A program made the position numbers and the translations under genes. This document shows, in pieces, positions 1 through 7,385 of a stretch of DNA of 25,327 bases; the first letter of the stretch is position 1, and every line of letters starts with the position of its first letter. The notes under the pieces were generated by a model. That model saw nothing but the letters and a program-made list of their open reading frames with translations, made no database searches and was not told the DNA's origin. The DNA is from an uncultured virus (IMG/VR IMGVR_UViG_2711768086_000002) (lineage: Duplodnaviria > Heunggongvirae > Uroviricota > Caudoviricetes). The DNA is taken from IMG/VR virus record IMGVR_UViG_2711768086_000002. One strand, written 5' to 3'.

Positions 1-87
1 GCGGGAGACGGCCTGGCGGACAGGCGGAATCTCGGACTCGCGCAGTCGCGTGCCGTCGTTGTCGTCGAAGCCGTACTGCCTCGGCAT
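1..87 (-). CDS. Partial (5' end) recombinase-domain protein, runs off the left edge
   Basis: Not in ORF track; ATG at 87 after purine-rich AGGTAGGTAGGGCGGC; reads MPRQYGFDDNDGTRLRESEIPPVRQAVSR, resembling the YGF/Y...L...E..VR start of the large serine recombinase DNA-binding domain. Confidence 0.55.
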   Translation of the reverse strand, partial: MPRQYGFDDNDGTRLRESEIPPVRQAVSR

Positions 88-182
88 GCCGCCCTACCTA
101 CCTGTTGGATCTGTGCCCCGATCCCCCTGTGGCGACAACTTCGCGTTAAGTTGCCGCCACTTCAGGATCAGTCCGGTCTTGC

Positions 183-428
183 CTACCGGAGCACCGTTGG
201 CAGCCCCAGAGCTTCCCGGAGGGACGCGGTGGGGACCTTCACTGTCGCGCCCAGCCTCAGCGTCTTCGCCGGAAACTGGCCCGCGCGGATCAGATCCATC
301 GCCTTGTTGCGACCGATGCCGAACGCCCGAGCAGCCGTCTCCACGTTGACGATGGCTGGCAGTTCAAGCAGCTCACGAAGAGTCATCGCCTTCGACTCGA
401 CCGAGCTTGCCGGTGTTGCAGTTGTCAT
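183..428 (-). CDS. Excisionase-like HTH DNA-binding protein (81 aa)
   Basis: LPAIVNVETAARAFGIGRNKAMDLIRAGQFPAKTLRLGATVKVPTASL is a MerR/Xis-type HTH-wing; divergent from the integrase; start chosen at ATG 428 rather than track start 527. Confidence 0.8.
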   Translation of the reverse strand: MTTATPASSVESKAMTLRELLELPAIVNVETAARAFGIGRNKAMDLIRAGQFPAKTLRLGATVKVPTASLREALGLPTVLR

Positions 429-581
429 CAGCTGCCGCGTTTCTCCCCCGCGCACAACTGCTCCGCAGCATACGGCACCACCACCCAAGTAAGGCAAGAT
501 AAGACGATCTAGAGCCAGCAAGTGCACATGATCCGTTCACAAATACTGACTCTCAGCAACCGAATGACGCCAGGGGGGCGC

Positions 582-2135
582 ATGAGCGTTGAGCAGATGT
601 TCAAGGACATGACCTACAAGCGGTGCGCGTGCACCACGGCAGTCCTCGACGAGGAGGGGAACCCGGTAGTCGACGACGAGACCGGCGAGCCCAAGCTGCG
701 CTACCTGGAGAAGACCTGCCCGCAGCTGACCCGCCCGAACCACGGGTCCTGGTACTACAGCTTCGAGGTCGAGCCCGGGGCGGACGGCAAACGCCGGCCG
801 CGCGCCAAGAAGGGCCGATACCGCACCCAGGAGAAGGCCGCGACGGACGCCAAAGAGGCATGGAACCTCGCCCAACGTGGCGTGAACGTGGTCTCCACCG
901 AGACGGTTGAGACGTTTCTTCGCCGCTGGATCAAGGCGAAGAAGCTGGAGCTGGCGAAGACCACCGCTCACGAGTACGAGCGAGACATCGACCTCTACCT
1001 CGCCCCTCACTTGGGGGCGGTGCGCCTGAACAAGCTCCGCACTGATCACGTCCAGGAGATGATCAACTGGTTCGAGGAGGAGAACGAGCGGCGCACAAAG
1101 CACCGCGAGAAGGTCGAGCGGCTGAAGAGCGCGTGTGCCACGGCGAACGGCGCCTGGCGGGCTGCGCCGAAGGCGGAGAAGGCCGAGAAGCGGGCGCTCT
1201 GGACGGCCGCCCGCGTCGAGTACGAGGCTGAGCGCAAGCAGGTCCGCCGCGTCACGGGCCCGAACACGCTGCAGAGCCTCAAGGCGACGCTGCGCTCAGC
1301 GTTGTCAGACGCGCTGAAGCAGGAGCTGGTGGCGAAGAACTACGCCGCGCTCGCGACGTGGCCCAAGCCCGTACCGGTCAAGCCGAAGCTTTGGACGCCG
1401 CAGAACGTCGCCCGGTGGCGGCGGACAGGCCAGAAGCCGTACCCGGTCATGGTCTGGACGGTGGATCAGACTGCCGAGTTCCTGGACTCGATTCGTGACG
1501 ACCGACTGTTCTCCCTCTGGCATCTCATCATCTTCCGGGGCCTTCGCCGCGGGGAGGCCACTGCGCTCACCTGGGACGACATCGACCTCAAGCGCGGCAT
1601 CGTCCACGTCAGTCACCAGTTGGTGTCGATCAACTACGAGGTGCACGAAGACACCCCAAAGGCCGACTCCGAGGGCGACGTCAGGCTCGACCAGGAGACG
1701 GTGCGCCTCCTCAAGCTGTGGCGCAAGACACAGCGAGCTGAGCGAAAGGAGTGGGAGCAGCAAGGTGCTTGGGTCGACGCTGGCGGCCGCATCTTTACGC
1801 AGGAGAACGGCGAGGGCTACCACCCGCAGCAGCTCTCCGACCGGTGGGAACGGCTGGTTGATCTGTCCGGGCTTCCTCCCGTAAGGCTGCACGACGGCCG
1901 GCATGCAGCCGCCTCGATCGCCTTCGCGTCCGGCCAGGACCCGAAGGTCGTGCAGGCCATGCTTCGCCACGCCTCGCGGCGAACCACCATGGACATCTAT
2001 ACAAACGTGATGCCCGAGATGGAACAGGCATCCGCCGAGGCGTCAGTCGCGCTTGTGGCCCTGGCGCTCGAACGGGTCCGCAGGGCCAAGGCCAAGAAGG
2101 CGAAGAAGAAGGGGAAGAAGCCGGTCGCAGCGTAG
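582..2135 (+). CDS. int: Tyrosine recombinase/integrase
   Basis: Catalytic signature R (GLRRGE), K (TPKADS), HxxR (LHDGRH), H (LRHAS), Y (DIYTN); N-terminal YKRCAC...HGSWYY arm-binding region; ends next to tRNA att core; exact start uncertain (565/582/597). Confidence 0.95.
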   Translation: MSVEQMFKDMTYKRCACTTAVLDEEGNPVVDDETGEPKLRYLEKTCPQLTRPNHGSWYYSFEVEPGADGKRRPRAKKGRYRTQEKAATDAKEAWNLAQRGVNVVSTETVETFLRRWIKAKKLELAKTTAHEYERDIDLYLAPHLGAVRLNKLRTDHVQEMINWFEEENERRTKHREKVERLKSACATANGAWRAAPKAEKAEKRALWTAARVEYEAERKQVRRVTGPNTLQSLKATLRSALSDALKQELVAKNYAALATWPKPVPVKPKLWTPQNVARWRRTGQKPYPVMVWTVDQTAEFLDSIRDDRLFSLWHLIIFRGLRRGEATALTWDDIDLKRGIVHVSHQLVSINYEVHEDTPKADSEGDVRLDQETVRLLKLWRKTQRAERKEWEQQGAWVDAGGRIFTQENGEGYHPQQLSDRWERLVDLSGLPPVRLHDGRHAAASIAFASGQDPKVVQAMLRHASRRTTMDIYTNVMPEMEQASAEASVALVALALERVRRAKAKKAKKKGKKPVAA

Positions 2136-2202
2136 CCGCGAGGTTCGGGGAGTAGCGGGGCGCACGGCCCGGAGAGACGTCGGGAAGATGGGGTTCCCGG
2201 CC

Positions 2203-2223
2203 CTCGTTCCCAACTCGTTCCCA
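2203..2223 (+). repeat. Direct repeat CTCGTTCCCA x2, candidate integrase arm-type site
   Basis: Copies at 2203-2212 and 2214-2223 between int stop and att core; function inferred from position. Confidence 0.5.
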
Positions 2224-2286
2224 TCGGCTCACGCCAGAGATCAAATCAGGGTCAGGTCTACACCTGTCACCTGTCTGTGTGCATGC

Positions 2287-2323
2287 AAAAGGCCAGGTCA
2301 CGGGCTATGTGACCTGGCCTTTT
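2287..2323. terminator. Bidirectional intrinsic terminator
   Basis: Perfect 15-bp stem AAAAGGCCAGGTCAC / GTGACCTGGCCTTTT with 7-nt loop; immediately 3' of the tRNA fragment and downstream of int. Confidence 0.85.
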
Positions 2324-2326
2324 TGC

Positions 2327-2369
2327 GAGCCGCCTATGGGATTCGAACCCATGACCTACGCATTACGAG
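2327..2369 (-). mobile_element. att core: 3' half of tRNA-Thr(CGT), truncated
   Basis: Reverse complement CTCGTAA-TGCGT-AGGTC-ATGGG-TTCGAAT-CCCAT-AGGCGGC-TC gives anticodon loop (CGT), T-arm and 3' acceptor strand; the 5' anticodon strand, D-arm and 5' acceptor strand are absent upstream. Confidence 0.9.
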
Positions 2370-2382
2370 ACCAACAGGGATC

Positions 2383-2474
2383 GTGTTGCGTGGTGCCGCC
2401 CCGTGTCGTCTCGTGACATCTTGCCTGATCAGAGTATGTGCGGCAGGTTGGCCTGTGCTACCCCATGTTGCACC
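2383..2474 (+). repeat. 10-bp-phased GTG(Y)(Y)G iterons next to att
   Basis: GTG at 2383, 2393, 2403, 2413 (gtgttgcgtg, gtgccgcccc, gtgtcgtctc, gtgacatctt), then gtgctacccc 2455 and atgttgcacc 2465. Confidence 0.55.
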
Positions 2475-2547
2475 GTCCACCGGCGTCCGTCCACCGGCTG
2501 TCCACCGGGACAGCTCCCGGCGGCACCGGTGGACAGCCGGTGGACAG
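2475..2547. repeat. GTCCACCGG direct and inverted repeats, candidate arm-type sites
   Basis: GTCCACCGG at 2475, 2489, 2500; inverted CCGGTGGAC at 2526 and 2537. Confidence 0.7.
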
Positions 2548-2749
2548 TCAGCGGGCGCTTGTCGGCACGCTACAAACCGGCCGAGGACGGTGCTGCTGTC
2601 GCCAGTATCTCGTCCAGCCAGTCAACCGCCCCCACTGCCACCCACCGAAGTACGCACTGTCGGCTCCCGAGTCAACGGATCGGGAGGGGAGGAATACGTC
2701 GTTCCTCTTGTTGATTGGTCTCTCCGTACGGTCGTGCGAAGGGGGCTGG

Positions 2750-3685
2750 GTGAGCGATCTCAAGGTGTTCCGGCTCGGGGCGGATGGCCAGGACGTGGAG
2801 CTGCGCAGCTCGACGGTGGCGCTGGAGGTGCAGTTGCAGCGCCGGGTGGAGGCGAGCATGGAGGCGATGCTCGGCATCCGGTTCCTGGCGTCGGAGTACC
2901 CGACCGGTCCGTGGCACCGTGGCCGGGTGGACTCGCTGGGCCTGGACGAGAACGGCGTGCCCGTCGTGATCGAGTTCAAGAAGGGCAACGACAGCGGAGT
3001 CGTCTCGCAGGCCGTCTCCTACCTCACCTGGGTGAAGAGCAGCCACCACGAGTTCGAGGCTCTCGTCAGGGAGAAGCTGGGGTCCGAGGCGGCCGAGTCC
3101 GTCGACTGGCGTGCGCCCCGGGCGCTGTGCATCGCGGCCGGGTTCTCACACCACGACCGGGTTGCCGTTGGTGACCTGGGTCGGCAGTGGCCGATCGAGC
3201 TGGTCCGCTACCGGATCTTCGACGGCGGGCTGCTGAGCCTGCAGCGGGTCGAGCCGGTCTCCGCCGCCGTCAGCCCGGGGGCCGGGCGCAGATCGACCAC
3301 GCCTTCGGTGTCGGCGGCTGCCGCCGAGGTGGCCGAGCCGCCGGTCGTCGGTGACGTACCGGAGTGTCTCCGGGATCTGTACGGGGAGCTGGACGAGGTG
3401 CTCACCGCGTCGGGCGAGGTGGAGACCGTCGTTCTCAAGCACTACATCGCTTACCGGCGGCTGCAGAACGTGGCGAGCGTGATCTTCCGGCCTTCGGTTT
3501 CGCACCGGGTGATCCTGGTGTACCTGCGGCTGGACCCGGACACGGTGGAGCTGGAGGAGGGCTTCACGCGCGACATGCGCGGGATCGGGCACCTGGGCAC
3601 CGGGGACCTGGAGGTGCGGATCGCCTCGGCGGCCGACCTCAAGAAGGCGGGACCGCTGATCGAGCGGGCGGTTCAGGCGGCCTGA
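2750..3685 (+). CDS. NucS-like (DUF91-type) PD-(D/E)XK nuclease with C-terminal DUF5655-like domain
   Basis: E...GRVDSLGLDENGVPVVIEFKK...VVSQAVSY nuclease core; C-terminal LKHYIAY...RDMRGIGHLGTGDLEV; GTG 2750 after GAAGGGGG. Confidence 0.8.
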   Translation: MSDLKVFRLGADGQDVELRSSTVALEVQLQRRVEASMEAMLGIRFLASEYPTGPWHRGRVDSLGLDENGVPVVIEFKKGNDSGVVSQAVSYLTWVKSSHHEFEALVREKLGSEAAESVDWRAPRALCIAAGFSHHDRVAVGDLGRQWPIELVRYRIFDGGLLSLQRVEPVSAAVSPGAGRRSTTPSVSAAAAEVAEPPVVGDVPECLRDLYGELDEVLTASGEVETVVLKHYIAYRRLQNVASVIFRPSVSHRVILVYLRLDPDTVELEEGFTRDMRGIGHLGTGDLEVRIASAADLKKAGPLIERAVQAA

Positions 3686-3695
3686 CGGAACGGCG

Positions 3696-3728
3696 AGGGC
3701 GGCTGGAGCTTCATGCTCCGGCCGCCCT
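3696..3728. terminator. Hairpin between convergent nuclease and methyltransferase genes
   Basis: AGGGCGGCTGGAGC-ttcat-GCTCCGGCCGCCCT, 14-bp stem with one G-U pair. Confidence 0.7.
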
Positions 3729-3775
3729 TCTGTGTCTGCAGGTCGGTCGGTGCCGGCCGTTCGGCGGTCTCACGA

Positions 3776-4522
3776 TCACGCCTCCGGTCCGGCGAGGACG
3801 AAGTCGTCCTGCGTCAGTTCGGCGCGCAGGCGCTGTTCGGCGACGTCGGCGTAGTGCGGCGAGAGTTCGGTACCGACGAATCGCCGGCCTTCGCGTAGGG
3901 CGGCGACGCCGGTCGAGCCGCTGCCGGTGAACGGGTCGAGGACCACGCCGTTCTCGGGGCAGATCTGGACGAGCTGCTGCATGATCTCCAGCGGCTTCTG
4001 GGTGATGTGGACCCGGTCCTTGCGGGGCTGGCTCGCGATGAAGTGGCCGGGCAGGTAGAGGTCCCGGCTGTTGTCGAGGGTGCCCTTGACGCCCCAGATG
4101 ATGAACTCCGCGCTCTGCTTGAAGCCGCCCTTACGCGGACGGCTGGCGGGCTTGATCCAGGGGATGGTGCCCTGCCACGTCCACCCGGCCATCTGCAGCG
4201 CGTCGCTGGTGGTGGGCTCCTGTCGCCAGTCGGAGAAGACCATCGCCACCGAGTGCTCGGTGCTCGCCCGGTACGCCTCGGTCAGCAGCTCGGTGAGCCA
4301 GGACCGGTAGGAGCGCTGGTCGCGGTTCTCGCCGGGGAACGTCTTCAGGTCGTGGGCGCTGTTGCTGGTCACGTACTTGGCGCGGGCGTCACGGCTGGTT
4401 CGCTCGGAACTGGTCCGGCCGCCCGAGTTGTACGGCGGGTCGGTGATCACCGCGTTGACGCTCTCGTCGGGCAGGGACTTCAGGACGGTGAGAGCGTCGC
4501 CTCGGTGCAGCTTGTAGCTCAT
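3776..4522 (-). CDS. N6-adenine/N4-cytosine DNA methyltransferase, beta class
   Basis: Catalytic DPPY precedes HITQKP and SAM-binding DPFTGSGST; GAAGGAAGAA RBS upstream. Confidence 0.93.
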   Translation of the reverse strand: MSYKLHRGDALTVLKSLPDESVNAVITDPPYNSGGRTSSERTSRDARAKYVTSNSAHDLKTFPGENRDQRSYRSWLTELLTEAYRASTEHSVAMVFSDWRQEPTTSDALQMAGWTWQGTIPWIKPASRPRKGGFKQSAEFIIWGVKGTLDNSRDLYLPGHFIASQPRKDRVHITQKPLEIMQQLVQICPENGVVLDPFTGSGSTGVAALREGRRFVGTELSPHYADVAEQRLRAELTQDDFVLAGPEA

Positions 4523-4745
4523 GGGTTCTTCCTTCAGGGCGTGGTTGGGCCCGCTCCGGGCGGCGCCCGGCGGCAGCCGCCGGGAGCGGGGATGTCGAGG
4601 AAGGTAGCGGCGATCGGCGGCCGGACCTAACGAGCGGCGACGCAGGTGGGGGCCTGGTCGGGGGTCGTTTGGTGCGGCCGACTTTCGCGTCTACTGTCTC
4701 GCCATGCCAACCGGGCAGCAGGCCGAACGGGCCTGGTCCCGGGGC

Positions 4746-4782
4746 GTGTTGCCCTGTGCTGCCCTGTGTTGCTCTGTCTCGC
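4746..4782 (+). promoter_or_regulatory. 10-bp tandem iterons upstream of transfer operon
   Basis: gtgttgccct gtgctgccct gtgttgctct gtctcgc in the divergent intergenic region. Confidence 0.6.
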
Positions 4783-5027
4783 GGAGTAACGCCGGGGCGG
4801 CACCTTCCTTCCCCCGATTCCGAGGAGCGCCTTCGTGTTCCGGCTGAGATTACGAGCGCGGCTGGCTGCCGCGCGTGACCCGAGACCGGCGTCCGGGAGC
4901 TACCAACTCCCCTGACCCGGGCCCGCCCTGAGCGAGGGCGGTTTCACAACCGGCGCGGTGCCGGTGACTTCTTCGCACGAGAGTCCGGCACCGCGCCCTC
5001 CTACGAATCCCGCAAGGAGCCGCTGCG

Positions 5028-5111
5028 ATGCAGCATGCCCTGGCACACCCGTGCCCTCATCGTCCCCCGCCAACTGCCCTGTACCGCTTCGGCGATCGGC
5101 GGCGGCCGTGA
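5028..5111 (+). CDS. Putative 27-aa upstream ORF coupled to the NlpC/P60 gene
   Basis: AAGGAG RBS then ATG 5028; MQHALAHPCPHRPPPTALYRFGDRRRP*; stop overlaps next GTG (GTGA). Confidence 0.35.
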   Translation: MQHALAHPCPHRPPPTALYRFGDRRRP

Positions 5112-6292
5112 AGAAGACCGCTGGCACACTCCTCGGCGTCCTCGCCTGCGGCCCGCTGATGCTGGCCCTGCCGGTGGTGATCGTCGGCGCGGGCAACGCG
5201 TCGGCGTCCGCCTGTCCGACCGGCGGCGGTGCACAGGCTGTGGACAGTTCCGCCGTCGCGGCTCAGGTGGAGTCGATACTCAAGGGCTCGAGCCCGCTGT
5301 CGGCGCCGAACGTGGCCGGCCTGGACAAGCCGGACGAGCAGATCCCGAACGCCAAGACGATCCAGGCCACCGGTGTGGCGATGCACATCCCCGTCCGCGG
5401 GCAGATCGTCGCCCTGGCAACAGCCCTCCAGGAGAGCGGACTTCGGAACATCAACTACGGGGACCGCGATTCGCTGGGCCTGTTCCAGCAGCGGCCCTCG
5501 CAGGGCTGGGGCANNNNNNNNNNACCGGCGCAGATCATGCAGCCGGTGTACGCCTCGACGAAGTTCTACGAGGCGCTCAACCAGGTCAGCGGTTGGCAGT
5601 CGATGACCGTCACCCAGGCCGCCCAGGCGGTGCAGCGCTCGGGCTATCCGGACGCCTACGCCAAGTGGGAGCCCCTGGCGACCGCCCTGCAGAAGGCGAT
5701 CGAGCCGCTGCTCTCCCCCACCGGCACCGCCCCGCCGCCCGGGGGGAGCCCGACACCGGCGCCGACTCCTTCGGGCACGGCCACCGCGAGCCCCTCGCCG
5801 AGCACCGGCGGCTGCGGAACCTCGACGGGCGGCGACGGCACCAACTTCGGGACCATCCCGGCGGGCTCGCTCCCGGCCGGGTACACGATTCCGACCGACG
5901 CCCCCCAGCAGGTCCAGACGGCAATCAGGTGGGCGCTCGGCCAACTGGGCACCCCGTACCAGTGGGGCGGGACGTGCGAGAACTCGCACGGGCCGGACCC
6001 CATGGGCCGATGCGACTGCTCCTCGCTGATGCAGATGGCCTACAAGGCCGCCGGCGTCTCCCTGGAGCGGACCACCTACGACCAGGTCAAGCAGGGCACG
6101 GCCGTCTCGGCGGACGCCCTCAAGCCCGGTGACCTGCTCTTCACCCGGGGCACCGCCGCCGTGCCGGAACACGTCGGGATGTTCATCGGCTCGGGGCTCG
6201 TCGCGCAGGCCCCGCACACGGGTGACGTGGTCAAGATCTCGACGCTCGCCGAATGGCGACCGGAGATCCTCGCGGCCCGCCGCGTCGTCTGA
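5108..6292 (+). CDS. Conjugation cell-wall hydrolase: lysozyme-like N domain plus NlpC/P60 (C40) peptidase
   Basis: N-terminal signal/TM segment; ATALQESGL...DSLGLFQQR; LGTPYQWGG, DCSSL (Cys), HVGM (His); contains 10 N at 5514-5523. Confidence 0.9.
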   Translation: MKKTAGTLLGVLACGPLMLALPVVIVGAGNASASACPTGGGAQAVDSSAVAAQVESILKGSSPLSAPNVAGLDKPDEQIPNAKTIQATGVAMHIPVRGQIVALATALQESGLRNINYGDRDSLGLFQQRPSQGWGXXXXPAQIMQPVYASTKFYEALNQVSGWQSMTVTQAAQAVQRSGYPDAYAKWEPLATALQKAIEPLLSPTGTAPPPGGSPTPAPTPSGTATASPSPSTGGCGTSTGGDGTNFGTIPAGSLPAGYTIPTDAPQQVQTAIRWALGQLGTPYQWGGTCENSHGPDPMGRCDCSSLMQMAYKAAGVSLERTTYDQVKQGTAVSADALKPGDLLFTRGTAAVPEHVGMFIGSGLVAQAPHTGDVVKISTLAEWRPEILAARRVV

Positions 6293-6366
6293 CCGGCACT
6301 TCTCCCCCCTCCCTCTCCTCCCCTCCCGGGCTGCCTTCGCATGCCCATATTCGAACTGGAGTTCCC

Positions 6367-6675
6367 ATGTTTCTCGCGGACGCAGCCACGCAGCTCGCCT
6401 TCGACCCCGGCATCACCCCGAACGAGGGCGGCCTGCCCGGCCTTTCGGTGCTCAAGCAGGTGATGGGCTCGCTCAACCTCTTCGGCATCATCGCGATCGT
6501 CGGGGCGCTCGCTGTCAGCGCCGGCGTCTGGGCCTGGGGTCACCACTCCGGCGGCCACCAGGCCGAGGCCAACGGCAAGAAGGGCGTACTGGTCAGCGCG
6601 GGCGCCGCTCTGTTGATCGGTGCGGCGAACGGAATCGTGGCCTTCTTCTCGGGCCTTGGCGGCCAGGTCCACTGA
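6367..6675 (+). CDS. Pilin/VirB2-like small membrane protein (DUF6112-like)
   Basis: 102 aa, two hydrophobic helices separated by WAWGHHSGG...GKKG; GGAG RBS; position in tra operon. Confidence 0.78.
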   Translation: MFLADAATQLAFDPGITPNEGGLPGLSVLKQVMGSLNLFGIIAIVGALAVSAGVWAWGHHSGGHQAEANGKKGVLVSAGAALLIGAANGIVAFFSGLGGQVH

Positions 6676-7364
6676 TGCAGAATCGTTCCTTCACTCGTGA
6701 AGGCGTGTCCGGCGGCGCATCGCGCGTGCGCCGCCGGGCGCTGCTCGGCCTCGTGGTCCTGGTGGCCCTCGTCGTCCTGGCCGGCGCGCTCGCCTTCTTC
6801 ACCCGCGGCACCCGCCCCGCAGCCAACCCTGTCTCCCCGGTGGCCAGTTCGCCCTCATCCGCCAGCGCTTCACCGTCGGCATCGCCTACGGGTGGTGCCG
6901 GGTCGGTTCCGGCGCCGCCATCGACGCACAATCCGATCGCCTACGCGAAGGCTGCGGCGGTGGCGCTGTGGTCGTACGACACCCGCTCGTACTCGCAGCC
7001 GGAGCTGGTGGCCGGCCTCCACCGGTGGCTGACGGCCGAGGGGAATTACGCGGACGCCAGCTCGGTGGACCGCCTGGTGCCCTCGCCGCTGCTGTGGGGA
7101 CGGATGGCCGACTCCGGCCAGCTCGCCACCGCGACCGCGGACGAGGCGCACTTCCCGGACACGTTCACCAGGGCGCTGCAGGCCGATCCGGGGGCGATCA
7201 AGCAGGCGTACATCTACGCCGTCACCGTCACCGGCAAGCAGTCGATCTCCTGGAACGGTGCCCCGCAGGGCGGGGCCGAGGACCGCTCGTCCACCCTCGC
7301 CGTCCAGTGCCGCCCCGACCGTCCCTGCTCTCTGGTCGGCGTGCTGCCGACCGTCTCGCCCTAA
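6675..7364 (+). CDS. Bitopic membrane conjugation protein (possibly VirB8-like)
   Basis: TGATG coupling; RRR then TM helix, Ser/Pro linker, AAAVALWSYD extracellular domain; VirB8 analogy is positional inference. Confidence 0.65.
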   Translation: MQNRSFTREGVSGGASRVRRRALLGLVVLVALVVLAGALAFFTRGTRPAANPVSPVASSPSSASASPSASPTGGAGSVPAPPSTHNPIAYAKAAAVALWSYDTRSYSQPELVAGLHRWLTAEGNYADASSVDRLVPSPLLWGRMADSGQLATATADEAHFPDTFTRALQADPGAIKQAYIYAVTVTGKQSISWNGAPQGGAEDRSSTLAVQCRPDRPCSLVGVLPTVSP

Positions 7365-7385
7365 CCCCAGGAAGGAGGTTCCCCC

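Noticed and set aside
2327..2405. Intact tRNA-Thr gene
   Set aside because: Sequence 5' of the anticodon loop cannot pair with TGCGT or AGGCGGC and has no D-arm; only the 3' half is present.
2383..2547. CRISPR array
   Set aside because: Repeats are 9-10 bp without unique 30-40 bp spacers; no cas genes in the window.
2053..3174. 373-aa + strand ORF and 5' extension of the nuclease ORF to 2438
   Set aside because: They run through the terminator, att core or arm repeats; Arg/Gly-rich off-frame composition.
5514..5523. Insertion or disruption in the NlpC/P60 gene
   Set aside because: Assembly gap of N; flanks read QGWG..PAQIM in frame, true gap probably shorter.
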